Positions 1-11,500 of a DNA stretch of 64,000 bases are shown here, piece by piece. Within the stretch, counting starts at the first letter, position 1. Each line of letters opens with the position of its first letter. A program made the position numbers and the translations under genes. This DNA comes from Rubripirellula sp. Its GTDB lineage: Bacteria > Planctomycetota > Planctomycetia > Pirellulales > Pirellulaceae. The DNA lies in the NCBI GenBank assembly GCA_965216875.1, contig OZ244207.1, forward strand, positions 2,240,001-2,304,000, given 5' to 3'. A model generated the notes under the pieces. The model was not told the DNA's origin. It made no database searches and was given only the letters and a program-made list of their open reading frames with translations.

Positions 1-1087
1 CGAGCTTGTCCATGGTCATCGTTTGCGCCTCACGCAATTCGGCCCAATCGCTTTCGGCAGGTTCATCCACGTAGGCGCGGAAATCAGCAAGTTGAACCCA
101 ATAGAAAGGAAAGTCGCCTTGTCCCCATTCGTCGCGCCAGCTTTGGATCATCAATGGGAATAGATCACGGTACTGATAGGCTCGTCCTGAATTTGACTCG
201 CCTTGGTACCAGATTGCCCCGTTGATTGTGTAGCCAATCGTTGGCTTGAGGACTCCGTTGTACAAGTTCGCTGGTCGATGTTGTCCGACCAGTTGATTAC
301 GTGGTGCCCTCGGACGATTCCCTTTTTTCTCCTTCTCCCATTTCGCCACGCGTGCTTTCCACTTCTTCATTTCGGCTTCATGGTCGTAGGTTTCCGCCAA
401 GGCATCCCACTTCTCTAGCAATTCTTCGTAATTCCCGTCTGCTTCCAATCGTTCGCGGCTGACCCACGCTTCGGCTGCGCTGCCACCCCATGCGTTGTCG
501 ATCAATCCGACGGGAACATCGAGGGTGGTGTGAAGTTGTCGACCAAAAAAGTAGCCGACCGCAGAGAACGATTTGACCGATTCAGGCGTGCAGGCTTGCC
601 AGGAACCGTTGAAATCATTTTGCGGCTCCTGTGTGCCGACTTGCGGGACCGAGATCAGGCGGATGTTGGGGTAGTTCGCAGAAAGCGATTCGAGGTCCGG
701 ATCGTTGGCCGCCGAGACGCTCCAAGCCATATTCGATTGACCGCTGCAAACCCAAACTTCGCCCACAAGCACATCTTTAAAGGTCTTTGTTTCGTCGGCT
801 TCGATCACCAGCTCATAAGGTCCGCCTGCTTCAAACTCGGGTAGCTCGACATCAAACCGACCATCCTCGCCAGCGGTGCCCTTGACCGATTGGTCGCCAA
901 GTTTAACGGTGACTTCGGTGTCGGCTTTGGTCCAGCCCCAAACCTTGATCGGCTTGCCACGTTGAACGACCATTGAATCGCCAAAGATCGACGAAAGGGT
1001 CAGTTCCGCGTGAGCGTCGCTGACCAAAGCAAGCGACAGCATCAGTGTCAAAGCGTAAAGGAACGTCCAGCGAATTCGGTGGTTCAT
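1..1087 (-). CDS. Sialate O-acetylesterase (SASA/SGNH family), secreted; 3' end runs off the window
   Basis: Not in the ORF track because it has no stop in the window. Manual translation from ATG at 1087: signal peptide [27 protein letters not shown], then [53 protein letters not shown]. Confidence 0.9.
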   Translation of the reverse strand, partial: MNHRIRWTFLYALTLMLSLALVSDAHAELTLSSIFGDSMVVQRGKPIKVWGWTKADTEVTVKLGDQSVKGTAGEDGRFDVELPEFEAGGPYELVIEADETKTFKDVLVGEVWVCSGQSNMAWSVSAANDPDLESLSANYPNIRLISVPQVGTQEPQNDFNGSWQACTPESVKSFSAVGYFFGRQLHTTLDVPVGLIDNAWGGSAAEAWVSRERLEADGNYEELLEKWDALAETYDHEAEMKKWKARVAKWEKEKKGNRPRAPRNQLVGQHRPANLYNGVLKPTIGYTINGAIWYQGESNSGRAYQYRDLFPLMIQSWRDEWGQGDFPFYWVQLADFRAYVDEPAESDWAELREAQTMTMDKL

Positions 1088-1307
1088 GAGCGAAGATCTC
1101 GATGTGGGAGGGAGTGATTGAGGGAGATAGATGATAGCCGAACCGAGACACGGGTGGGTGAAGATCGCGCCGACCAAACTGCTCTATAATTGCGACCGAT
1201 CGCAAGGATCGATTCCTTCGCCGAGACATCGCATCCAAAGACCGAGCCACCACATCAACCGAATTTCACCGGCCGAATCGCAACGGCCATATCGAGAGCC
1301 AAGCCCA

Positions 1308-2966
1308 ATGCCCATGCCAAGCCGAAAAGTCACGAGCCACTCGTTGGGTTACTGCATCGCAATGCTCGCTGTTGCTGCGACGCTGACGCTCAGCCCCTCA
1401 GCGAAGGCCGAAGGAAAGCAGCCCAATGTGCTGATTGCCATCTCCGACGATCAATCCTTTCCCCATGCCTCGGCCTATGGCGATCCGGTCGTTCAAACGC
1501 CCGGTTTTGACCGCGTGGCCAAGGCCGGCGTCCTGTTCAACAATGCCTTCACGCCGGCTCCGGGTTGTAGCCCAATGCGAGCAGCCTTTTTGACGGGCCG
1601 CGAAATCTGGCAGAACGAACATGCCGGAACCCATGCGAGTTTCTTTCCGACGCACTTGCCCGTGTTCACCAACCAACTCGCCCAAGCCGGCTACCACGTT
1701 GGTATGACCGGCAAGGGATGGGGCCCCGGCCGTCATCCTGGCTGGGAACACAATCCCGCTGGCAAATCGTATAGCGGCGCAAAGTCAAAAGCACCGAAGG
1801 GGATTTCAGGCAACAACTACGCCGCGAACTTCGACCGGTTTCTTGAGTCCAAACCCGACGACCGTCCTTTCTGTTTTTGGTTTGGTAGCCACGAACCTCA
1901 TCGCTCCTATGACAAGGGAATTGGCAAACGCAGCGGCATGGACCTGAGCAAGGTGCAGGTGCCCCCGTTTCTTCCAGACACCGACGAGGTGCGTTCGGAC
2001 ATCGCCGATTACCTTTACGAGATTCAGTGGTTCGACCAGCACTTGCAGCGGATGCTCGATCGGTTGAGTGAAGCTGGCGAACTGGACAACACGCTCGTGA
2101 TCGTAACAAGCGACAACGGCATGCCCTTTCCGCGAGCGAAAGCGAACGTGTACGAGTATGGCATTCACATGCCGCTGGCGATCTCCTGGCCACAGCGTAT
2201 TCGCGGCGGCCAAACAACCGATGACCTTGTCAGTTTGATCGATGTCACCAAAACGATTTTCGCTGCAGCGGAAGTGACCCCACAGAAATCGGAGCAGATG
2301 CCTGGCGTGAGCCTCTTGGGCCGCTACTCAGATCAAGCTGGCAAAGTCGCTCCACCACGGCGTGAAGTTTTTAGTGGTCGCGAACGGCATTCGTCTTCGC
2401 GGTTCAACAGTCTCGGCTATCCCTGTCGTTGCATTCGCACCAAGACCCATTTGTACATTCGCAATTTCAAGCCCCAACGTTGGCCGGCTGGAACGCCACA
2501 GAAATACGATCGTGCAACCTATGATGACTCGGGCAAGTTGGTCGACTCGCGGCTGGGCGGCGCCCATGGCGGCTATCACGACATCGACAACGGGCCCACG
2601 CTGCAACACATGATCGCTCGACGAAACGAGTCGCGTTTCAAACCACTGTTTGATTTTGCCGTCGCCCTGCGTCCCGTCGAGGAACTTTACAACATCGTCG
2701 ACGACCCGGGTTGTCTCAACAATCTTGCCACGTCACCGGCGAGCAATGCGATCAAGACCGACCTGTCCAATCGTTTGACGAACTACTTGGTTCGCACTGG
2801 GGATTTGCGTCAAACCGACCCGAAACAGGCGGACGTCTGGGAAACCTACCCGAGGGTGAGTGGTCTGCGTTGGTTCCCGACGCCGGAATGGGCAGAAGCA
2901 AGCCCCGAACTTGTTCCCGATCAGCCGTGGCTCGAGGAACGTCGTCCACGAAAGAAGAACGACTGA
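1308..2966 (+). CDS. Formylglycine-dependent sulfatase (S1), secreted
   Basis: PNVLIAISDD, CSPMRAAFLTG (CxPxR), GKGW, TSDNG and ELYN motifs; signal peptide ending SPSAKA. Start probably 1308 or 1314 rather than 1131. Confidence 0.93.
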   Translation: MPMPSRKVTSHSLGYCIAMLAVAATLTLSPSAKAEGKQPNVLIAISDDQSFPHASAYGDPVVQTPGFDRVAKAGVLFNNAFTPAPGCSPMRAAFLTGREIWQNEHAGTHASFFPTHLPVFTNQLAQAGYHVGMTGKGWGPGRHPGWEHNPAGKSYSGAKSKAPKGISGNNYAANFDRFLESKPDDRPFCFWFGSHEPHRSYDKGIGKRSGMDLSKVQVPPFLPDTDEVRSDIADYLYEIQWFDQHLQRMLDRLSEAGELDNTLVIVTSDNGMPFPRAKANVYEYGIHMPLAISWPQRIRGGQTTDDLVSLIDVTKTIFAAAEVTPQKSEQMPGVSLLGRYSDQAGKVAPPRREVFSGRERHSSSRFNSLGYPCRCIRTKTHLYIRNFKPQRWPAGTPQKYDRATYDDSGKLVDSRLGGAHGGYHDIDNGPTLQHMIARRNESRFKPLFDFAVALRPVEELYNIVDDPGCLNNLATSPASNAIKTDLSNRLTNYLVRTGDLRQTDPKQADVWETYPRVSGLRWFPTPEWAEASPELVPDQPWLEERRPRKKND

Positions 2967-2988
2967 CACCGTATGACTCGAGTTATCA

Positions 2989-3663
2989 ATGACTGAGGCG
3001 GAATACGAACCAGTCGATCGGCGTCCCATTCAAAGCCGCGACACTCGTTGGGCCAATCGTATTGCCCAGCTCCTTGTGCGGTTGGGGCTGTCGCCCAATT
3101 CGATTTCTCTCATTGGTATGTTCGCAGCGATTGCCGGCGGAGTTCTGTTCGGACTGACAAGCCAAACGGAAGCAGCGACTCAGCGAATCCTTTGGCTTTG
3201 CGCTGGATTGCTATGCCAGGTGCGTTTGCTGTGCAATCTATTCGACGGGATGGTTGCCGTCGCGCAAGGAATCGCATCCCCGAAGGGTGAACTCTATAAC
3301 GAAGTCCCTGATCGCATCTCCGACGCCGCTATTTTCATCGGGATCGGGTATGCCGCAGGTGGCAGCCCTGAAATTGGATTCACCGCAGCGTTGCTTGCCG
3401 TCTTTGTTGCGTATGTCCGAGCAATGGCAAAGTCGATTGGCGCACCCAATGATTTTTGCGGTCCAATGGCAAAGCCGCAGCGGATGGCGTTGGCGACATC
3501 ACTTTCCGCCTACATGGCGTTTTCGCCTCAGGGATGGCGACTCGAATTTGGCGAAGCGACCTTGATTCTCGGTCTTGTCGCGATCGGTTGCATGGTCACG
3601 GCCATCCGTCGGCTAAGCCGCGCATCGAAGCATCTCTCGGCCGCGGAGTCCTCGCAGCCTTAA
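2989..3663 (+). CDS. CDP-alcohol phosphatidyltransferase family membrane protein (YnjF-like)
   Basis: LSPNSIS; NLFDGMVA...KGELYNEVPDRISD; GPMAKPQRM; several hydrophobic helices. Confidence 0.85.
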   Translation: MTEAEYEPVDRRPIQSRDTRWANRIAQLLVRLGLSPNSISLIGMFAAIAGGVLFGLTSQTEAATQRILWLCAGLLCQVRLLCNLFDGMVAVAQGIASPKGELYNEVPDRISDAAIFIGIGYAAGGSPEIGFTAALLAVFVAYVRAMAKSIGAPNDFCGPMAKPQRMALATSLSAYMAFSPQGWRLEFGEATLILGLVAIGCMVTAIRRLSRASKHLSAAESSQP

Positions 3664-3785
3664 AGCACAGGGCTATGCTCAGGCTTGCACGCTTTGACGT
3701 GCAATGGGCAGCCATTTGGGGTAAAATGGAGGCGTGCACGCTGACTGCGCTGCATCCCGCCTTGCCACCCACCTGACGCAATCTC

Positions 3786-6107
3786 ATGCTGCGTTCGCTC
3801 TCGCTTCTAACAGCCGTTTTGCTCCTTCCCTGCGCCTTGTTTGCGTCGGATGGTGAAGACTTTTTCGAACGTCGTGTGCGTCCCATCCTTGTCGAGCGAT
3901 GCTACGAGTGCCACAGCGAAAAGGAAGGCGAACAACAGGGCGGGCTCCTGCTTGATCGTCAGAGCGGTTGGCTGCAAGGCGGTGAAATGGGTAAAGCGGT
4001 TGTACCGGGCAACCTGCAGGCATCACTCTTGGTCGCTGCGATCAACTACGATCGCGATGACTTGCAGATGCCTCCCGACGCACGCTTGCCCGAGGACGAA
4101 ATCAGCATCCTCCTGGACTGGATTCAGCATGGTGCCAACGCGCCAGAAGATGATCTTGGCGAAACGGATTTTTCCCGGCTGGGCGATCAAGAGTATTTGT
4201 TCAGCGAAGCCAAATCGCACTGGGCCTTTCAACCTGTCACGGCCACCGATCCACCGAACGTTCGCGCGGAAGCTTGGAATCAAAACGCGATCGATCGATT
4301 TGTTTTCGCTCGCATGGTCGACAACGGCCTTCGTCCCTCAGCCGCTGCGTCGCACGAAACGATGGCGCGTCGGTTGAGTTTTGTCCTGACAGGTCTGCCA
4401 CCCCAACACAAGGACGTCGAACGATTTCGAAAACGCGCAGAAGAAGAGGGGATCGTGGCGGCAACCACGGCGCAAGTCGATCATCTGCTAAACACCTCTG
4501 CCTATGGCCAGCACATCGGACGAATGTGGCTCGATGTCGCGCGCTATGCCGACACGGATAGTGCCTATCGCCCTGATACGCGGACGCCACACTATTTCCC
4601 CTTCGCGTTCACGTATCGCGACTACGTTGTCGACGCCTACAACGAAGACAAACCGTACGATCAATTCGTGATCGAACAATTGGCTGCGGATCTAACCGAC
4701 ACCTCTGCCGGTGCCGACAAACTGGCTGCGCTTGGCTTTCTCGGAATCGCACCCCACGCCAACCGATCTCAAGCCGAGGCACTCGACGACTGGATCGACG
4801 TGACGACACGTGGCTTGATGGGTTTGACCGCCGCGTGCGCTCGCTGCCACGATCACAAATTCGAGCCGGTGCCAACTGCGGACTACTATTCGCTTCGCGG
4901 CGTCTTTGCTGGCCTCGTTCGTCCCAGCCCGCTCGACGAGACCAAGCAACCGGTTCTGGCAAGCTACCAGGCCAATGCGGCGGACCGCGCCGACTACGAA
5001 AAACAGCGAGCTGAAATTGAAAAGAAGATCAAAGCGGGGGCTGGCAAGAAGGTCGGCAACAACGCTGTACCCGAAAAGATCCGTGAGACCGAGCTGGCCA
5101 AGCTCCTCGCGTTTCACCCTGGGGCCCCGGCACGGGCAATGGTGATCGAAGAAAAGAAGCGAATCCCGCCGACGTATGTCTTTCTACGTGGCGATGCAAG
5201 GAACCGTGGCAAGCAAGTTCCTCGCCGCTTCTTAGAAATCCTCGATCCCGATCAAACGGCGTTCAGTGACGCAAACAGTGGACGCTATGAACTCGCTCGC
5301 AGCATCGTTTCTCATGACAATCCGCTGACCGCGCGCGTTTACGTCAATCGCGTTTGGGGACATGTGATGGGTTCCTATCTCGTTCGCACGCCCTCCGATT
5401 TTGGCTTACAAGGCGAGCGACCGACGCATCCGCAATTACTCGATTGGCTCACCGCCGACTTTGTCCAGCACGGATGGTCGACCAAGCATCTGGTTCGAAG
5501 GATCGTGAACACGGCGACCTTTCGCCAAGCCGTCCGTCACCAGGATGAAAAAGCGTTGCTTGACCCCGAGAATCGATTTCTCTGGCGAGCCAATCGCCGA
5601 CACCTTTCGATTGAGTCGATTCGAGACAGCCTGCTTTTCGTTTCCGGGACACTCGATCGTCGAATGCGAGGCCGTCCTGGGCAATTGTGGGACGAAAACT
5701 ACACCCACCGCCGCGCGATCTACGGATTTGTGAATCGATTCAACCTCGATCCGACTCTTCGTGCTTTCGATTTTGCCAACCCAATGCAAAGTCAACCCAA
5801 ACGTGGCGAGAGTATCGTCGCACCTCAGGCACTGTTCACATTGAACGCAAAGATTGTGGTCGACCAGGCAGCCGCGCTCGTGGACGCGGACGAATTTACG
5901 TCGCTCGAGTCCGACGACGCAAGAATCACGTCCATCTTCCGCAAGGTGTTACAACGCGATCCTGCAGACCAAGAAATGGCGCGCGTCAAAAAGTTCGTTG
6001 CGTTTCAAGAACGGTTCAAAAAGCCATCCACACGGTTTATCGATTCACCATGGCCACTGGTCGCGCAGTCGTTGATGATGAGTAATGAGTTTCAGTATGT
6101 CGACTAA
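3786..6107 (+). CDS. Planctomycete cytochrome c domain + DUF1549 + DUF1553 (PSD1) protein
   Basis: Signal peptide; FFERRVRPILVERCYECH; HWAF; WLDVARYADT; ACARCHDHKFEP; NPLTARVYVNRVW; PTHPQLLDWL. Confidence 0.93.
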   Translation: MLRSLSLLTAVLLLPCALFASDGEDFFERRVRPILVERCYECHSEKEGEQQGGLLLDRQSGWLQGGEMGKAVVPGNLQASLLVAAINYDRDDLQMPPDARLPEDEISILLDWIQHGANAPEDDLGETDFSRLGDQEYLFSEAKSHWAFQPVTATDPPNVRAEAWNQNAIDRFVFARMVDNGLRPSAAASHETMARRLSFVLTGLPPQHKDVERFRKRAEEEGIVAATTAQVDHLLNTSAYGQHIGRMWLDVARYADTDSAYRPDTRTPHYFPFAFTYRDYVVDAYNEDKPYDQFVIEQLAADLTDTSAGADKLAALGFLGIAPHANRSQAEALDDWIDVTTRGLMGLTAACARCHDHKFEPVPTADYYSLRGVFAGLVRPSPLDETKQPVLASYQANAADRADYEKQRAEIEKKIKAGAGKKVGNNAVPEKIRETELAKLLAFHPGAPARAMVIEEKKRIPPTYVFLRGDARNRGKQVPRRFLEILDPDQTAFSDANSGRYELARSIVSHDNPLTARVYVNRVWGHVMGSYLVRTPSDFGLQGERPTHPQLLDWLTADFVQHGWSTKHLVRRIVNTATFRQAVRHQDEKALLDPENRFLWRANRRHLSIESIRDSLLFVSGTLDRRMRGRPGQLWDENYTHRRAIYGFVNRFNLDPTLRAFDFANPMQSQPKRGESIVAPQALFTLNAKIVVDQAAALVDADEFTSLESDDARITSIFRKVLQRDPADQEMARVKKFVAFQERFKKPSTRFIDSPWPLVAQSLMMSNEFQYVD

Positions 6108-7527
6108 ACCAGCTTCCCATCCCGATCTGTCGCGACGTCAACTGTTGCGTTCAACGAGCCTCGGGGCCGTTGCGCTTTCAACGCTGCTTGGCGAGCAACA
6201 GTCAAATGCTGCAAACCTCGACGAATCGCCTCTTGCGGCGCGTCCCCCCGCGTTTGCCCCACGCGCGAAACGCGTCATTCACCTTTTTATGAATGGCGGG
6301 CCCTCCCAGATCGACACCTTTGACCCAAAACCTGAGCTCAACCGACTCGATGGCCAGAAACTGCCCGATTCCGTTAAGAAGCAGTTGCAGCCGACGCAGC
6401 GAAATCGCGCCGGCACCATCTTTGGTTCGCCATTCAAGTTTTCGCGTCACGGCGAAAGCGGATTGCCGGTCAGCGAACTGTTTCCCAAGGTCGCCAAACA
6501 CGCAGATGACTTGTGTGTGATCCGATCAATGCAGGGCGAGATCGCCAACCACACGCCGGGTCTGCTGCTGACCAACTGTGGGAACTCGACGATTGCACGG
6601 CCGAGCATTGGATCATGGTTGCTTTACGGGCTGGGAAGCGAAAGCGACGAATTACCAGGGTTCGTCGTGTTGTGCCCCAAGGGACTTCCTACCGCACAAT
6701 CACGAAATTGGACGAGCGCATTCATGCCAGGTGTGTATCAAGGGACGCACATCGATATGGAAACGTCGGGCAAGCAGATCGTTCCGAATCTTACGCGCAA
6801 GGACATTCGCGTTGGTTCGCAGCGTGCGCAGGTTGCGCTAACCCAATACCTCAATGCGAGGCACAGTGCCCAGCGGCCAGGTGACCAGCGGCTTGAAAGT
6901 CGCATCCATTCGATGGAACTCGCCTTTCGAATGCAGAGCGCCGGCACGGACGTGTTTGATCTCTCGCGTGAACCTCAGTCGGTGCGTGAAATGTACGGCA
7001 ACACGATCCAAGGTCGCAGCATGCTCGTCGCCCGACGCCTCGTCGAACGTGGTGTGCGGTACGTCCAGTGCTATCACGGCGCGGGCCAACCTTGGGATAG
7101 TCACGGATCGATCGTCAAAAACCATCGTCGTCTGTGCAATGAAGCCGACCAACCCATCGCGGCTCTTCTAAGCGACCTTAAACAGCGCGGAATGCTCGAC
7201 GAAACCTTGGTGATCTGGGGCGGTGAAATGGGACGCACTCCAACCATTCAAAAGGTCAAGGATCCATCAAAAGTAGGCCGCGACCATCACATCGACGGCT
7301 ACACCGTTTGGCTAGCCGGTGGAGGCTTCCGAGGCGGAATGCACTATGGCGCAACCGATGATCTGGGGATGGCGGTGACCGAAAACAAGGTTACGCTACA
7401 CGACCTGCATGCCACCATTTTGAATCAAATGGGTTTCGATCACCGCGAACTCACTTATCGCTACTCAGGTAGAGACTTTCGACTCACGGACGTCCACGGA
7501 CGAGTGATCAGCGACATCGTCAGTTGA
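6097..7527 (+). CDS. DUF1501 domain protein with Tat-like signal
   Basis: SRRQLL; AKRVIHLFMNGGPSQIDTFDPKP; ARRLVERGVRYVQ; WDSH; GEMGRTP; GRDHH; GRDFRLTDVHG. Overlaps the stop of the DUF1553 gene, the usual pairing. Confidence 0.93.
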   Translation: MSTKPASHPDLSRRQLLRSTSLGAVALSTLLGEQQSNAANLDESPLAARPPAFAPRAKRVIHLFMNGGPSQIDTFDPKPELNRLDGQKLPDSVKKQLQPTQRNRAGTIFGSPFKFSRHGESGLPVSELFPKVAKHADDLCVIRSMQGEIANHTPGLLLTNCGNSTIARPSIGSWLLYGLGSESDELPGFVVLCPKGLPTAQSRNWTSAFMPGVYQGTHIDMETSGKQIVPNLTRKDIRVGSQRAQVALTQYLNARHSAQRPGDQRLESRIHSMELAFRMQSAGTDVFDLSREPQSVREMYGNTIQGRSMLVARRLVERGVRYVQCYHGAGQPWDSHGSIVKNHRRLCNEADQPIAALLSDLKQRGMLDETLVIWGGEMGRTPTIQKVKDPSKVGRDHHIDGYTVWLAGGGFRGGMHYGATDDLGMAVTENKVTLHDLHATILNQMGFDHRELTYRYSGRDFRLTDVHGRVISDIVS

Positions 7528-7575
7528 CCGGGTTGTGAACGAGTAAGCGATCTTGACAAAACAATGATGCCAGGG

Positions 7576-7598
7576 GGACTCGTTGCCTCGTCCACTAC
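7576..7598. repeat. REP-like element, family B (GTAGTGGACGAGGCAACGAGTCC, reverse orientation)
   Basis: Exact reverse complement of 20039-20061. Confidence 0.8.
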
Positions 7599-7625
7599 TG
7601 GAACTGCTTGGGGCCATTTTTGACC

Positions 7626-8501
7626 ATGCTGAACACCGCAGACTTTTTGAAGCAGATCAAAACGTCTGATGACCACATCGGTGCACGTTTGATTTACGCC
7701 GATTGGCTCGAAGAGCAGGGGGATCCGCAAGGCGAGTTCATCCGAATTCAGTGCGAGCTGTACACCCGCCGCAACGAGGTGGTTTCGCCTGAAATTCGTT
7801 CGCTGCGGCTTCGCGAACGCGAGTTACTCGATGCCAACTTTCGCTACTGGGCCCACGGCCTACTCGAGGAAGGTATTGAGCACGCAGACATCCATTTTCG
7901 ATTTGGCACCGTCGACAGTGTCACCTTGGGCGAAAACGACTTTCATCGCTTTCGAGATCGCCTGAGTGAACTCGCTCCGATGCTAAGGGGTTTGCGTTTG
8001 GACGGCGCCCACAACTACCTTCCCCGTCTCGAAAGCTGGCCATTGCTTTCATCCATGAAGCAGTTGACCTTCACTCACCTCGGATCGGATGAGGCTGACA
8101 TACGCTATCTCTTCCGCTTTCTGCGGCGGTTGCCGGGGCTTGAATCGCTTTGCCTCTACTACACCGACCAGGGTGACCCTGTCGCCCGAATGCTCGCTGT
8201 CCCCGACGGCTTTCCCCGACTCATCGCCCTCGACCTATCAAGCATTGGAATCACCGAAGTCGGGGTCGAACAGCTCACACTGAACCAGGCGCTGATGAAA
8301 CGCTTGCGTTGGCTCAACCTTTCGCACAATCGTCTGGACGACACGGCGATCGGTCACTTGGTCAACGTAGGAATGGACAGCCTCGAAAACCTCAGGCTGC
8401 TTGGCTCAAGCGTTTCGTACGATATGCACGAAAAGCTCGAGCAGCAATTTGGCGCCCGGTGCGACATTTCTCGGATCCGCAATCGATGGCACGCTCAATG
8501 A
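7626..8501 (+). CDS. TIGR02996 (repeat-companion) domain protein with leucine-rich repeats
   Basis: RLIYADWLEEQGDPQGEFIRIQCEL followed by LxxLxLxxN repeats (LIALDLSSIGI, LRWLNLSHNRL). Confidence 0.88.
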   Translation: MLNTADFLKQIKTSDDHIGARLIYADWLEEQGDPQGEFIRIQCELYTRRNEVVSPEIRSLRLRERELLDANFRYWAHGLLEEGIEHADIHFRFGTVDSVTLGENDFHRFRDRLSELAPMLRGLRLDGAHNYLPRLESWPLLSSMKQLTFTHLGSDEADIRYLFRFLRRLPGLESLCLYYTDQGDPVARMLAVPDGFPRLIALDLSSIGITEVGVEQLTLNQALMKRLRWLNLSHNRLDDTAIGHLVNVGMDSLENLRLLGSSVSYDMHEKLEQQFGARCDISRIRNRWHAQ

Positions 8502-11500
8502 CGCAGAGTTGGTTTTTCAACCACGTGTTTGATCACCTTTGCGTCCGGATGGCGGAAGACACGCGGATCGAAAATGTCATCACTAACGTACCAGGGTGTG
8601 CCGTCCTTGCGCCGATACATTCGATCAGCCTCCGCACGACTCAACGGCCGCGCACCAACTCGACCAAACACCGCGATCTGATTGCCGCTTTCGTCAACAG
8701 CGCGGTCGCGGTCCATCCCGCGACTGATCGCAAGGGCGTGCCCCTCTTTCGGTAGCTTGTAGCTAGCAACCAAGTAAGGCATCGGACGTGGGCTGAACCC
8801 ATCGTTGCCGGGAACTTCGGGGCTCGTGAGTTGAATCACTCGCAGCCCATTCTTTCCATCGGCGACATACGCAAACTGACTCACGTTCGTGATCCCGAGT
8901 TTGACGTCGTGGGCGTCATTGATGCATCCGTTCGCATCATAGATCTGATCGACGTAGGCAGCTTGCGGGTTCTCAATATCAAGAATCGCCAAGCCGTGCT
9001 TGCCGGCCGCAACGTAGGCATACGTTCGTGCAAGGTAAATTCCGTGGGCATCATGCAGCGGAACATGATGAACCACACGCGGGTGAGCCAAATCGGTTGT
9101 ATCGAGTACCGTCACGCCTTCCTCGTCGGTCACAAATCCGTATCGGAATTGAACCGCCACTTTGTGCGGATGGTGCAGCTCGTCTTGCCCGATCACTTCG
9201 GTGACGTGGGGGCAAGTCGGATCGCTGATGTCGACGACCACGAGCCCCGCTTTTGCGCAGATATAGGCGTAGGTCCCAACAATCGTGATCGATTCAGCAC
9301 CACACAAAATCCCGTCAGGATTGAAAGTGAGGGCGCGTTCGAGATAGTTGTTCAGCGGGTTGCCGTCGAGAAGCGTTCCGGCGCCGACCAAGATCAGCCC
9401 TTCCTCGCGGTCAGTGACATAGATGTAGGCATACATCGAGTGAACCGCTGGCTCCTCGTTCCGAGGGTCCTGAACGCGCGTTGGATCGGGAGCAATCGTT
9501 GTGGGTGCGGCAACTCCCGTCGCATACTTCGATCGAACGTAGAAACGTTGACCAACAGGCGATACCGGCGCCGTCGTGATTCGCTCACTAAACGCTTTGT
9601 GATCGATAAACGCGATGTCAAAGACTCGCAAACCGCCCTTGCCACAAGCCGCATAGAGGTATTCGCCACGATGTTGAAGATCGAGCACCTCGGGCTTGCG
9701 GAATCGCAACGAGAGTGCTTCGATAATGTCGCGCCCCGGATGCTCGTGGCTATGCTCGAGCTTTCGGCCGTGCTTGACGTGTTCTTTGTAGTTGTCAGGG
9801 TAAGCAATCTTGTGCAATGAACTTCCGATCACAGCCTGCGGCTCGGTGTTTTCGGTGACCACCACAGCTTCAAAGCCATGCTCACCCGCCGCCACGTAGC
9901 AATACTTCCCAATGAAGTTTGTGAATCCGGTACCTTGCATCAAAAGCTGCGCCATCAGAGCGTTGTTGTCTTCGTTGATCGAGAGGTGACAATCGCTGCA
10001 GCTCTTCGTTTCGTAGACGCCGGGCATTCCGTGCGCAGATTCATTGCTCCAGCCGGCACCACCGCGAACGGTATGCGGGACGTTGGTGCTGAAGGCAATC
10101 CCGCTCATCCCATCCCCAGAGATCGTCTGCTGTTGGGTATAGATGGATTGCCGCTTGGCATCGAGACTGCTGACGTGAATCGCACAGCTACTGCGAGCTG
10201 GGCCGATTCGATTTCCTGTCACATTTCCATCGCGAGCTAACATAAAGACGTCGTCGCGAAGCGTCTGGAAGTTGTAGCTGGTCCGGTTTCGCGTCACGTC
10301 ACCGTTGTTGTGCAACTCGGGTGACTTGATGTTCGCTTTTTGCGTCAGGTGACAACCAAAGCAACTCGGATTCCACGAACTATGGCATGAGATGCATGAC
10401 ATGTTCTCGTTACGGTGTGCACATGCGAGAACGGCGTCTTTGTCGGATCCGCCCCAAGTGAGTTTGCCGTCGTCGGCCATGCGAACCGTTTTGGCTGCAT
10501 GCGAACGCGGGTTGTATTCCGAGCTTCCTGGACGAATAGTGTTGGCCGTTTGGCTGACGACCCAATACTTATCCGGTTCGACCGTACTGCGTTGAATCAG
10601 CTGCGGCTCCTTGCCTGGCTCGCGAAGAATCTCGAAGCGAGGCGTGTCGAAGGTTGTGCGCAGTGCGAGCAGGTTCGTCCCATTCGTTGGCGCGGCGGGA
10701 CCAGTCGTCGGTAGCCTTGGTGCTTGGCCATTGGCAATTTGACGTTCCACTTTCTCGACAAGCGTTTCGTCAGCCGTACCATGGCAGTCGATGCACTGAA
10801 TTTCAATCGCCGCACGCACTTCGGCATACAGGTTCGTGTTGCCGTGACTGTCTTGATAGAAGTGACAATCGGTGCAATGCATCCCCTTTTCCATGTGGAT
10901 GTCCATCAGATGGACGGGCGCATCAGGACGACATTTCCCAGCGTCCGTCTGCTCTTTCTCTGTTGGCGGTGCCACAGCAGCTTGAAGCTGTTCGTTGCTC
11001 GCTTCGCCAATCTTGTCATTCTTCCAATCGAGTAGGTTCCCTTTGCGGTCCTTCTTGAACACCGCTCGGAACACCCAGCCGTGCCCGTGGAAATCAGCAA
11101 ACTGAGTGTGGCGCAAATGTGGATTCAGGTCGCTCACGTTGGCCAGGAACTCGGGATCGCTCCAGTGTCCGCGTGCCGCCGCTTCGTTCGGGTTCGATTC
11201 GGTTGCACGAATGTAGTCTTCGGCGGTGAGGTGCTTTTGCTTGGTCGGGTACATCAACTCGCCGTCGGTTTCGTTGTCCCACCACATGTAACCGAGGTAG
11301 CTATTGATCACGTTCGTGCCTGGGTGCACATGGCAAACCATGCACTGGCTCGTCGGCATCCGAAGTTCGAACTTGTGCTGGATTGGATGGCCCGGTTGAT
11401 CCTTCCGGATCATTGGGTCAATGAACTGCACCCATTCATCGCGTTCCGCCGCCGCTGTACCCCGGTTGCCGTATTTGGCAAGGAAGCCACTTGCAACAGG

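Noticed and set aside
1131..1307. Extended N-termini given by the ORF track (also 23818 polA, 33248 kinase, 62970 sigma, 23941, 35391)
   Set aside because: The extensions precede the signal peptides or first conserved motifs and some overlap neighbouring genes; downstream starts fit better.
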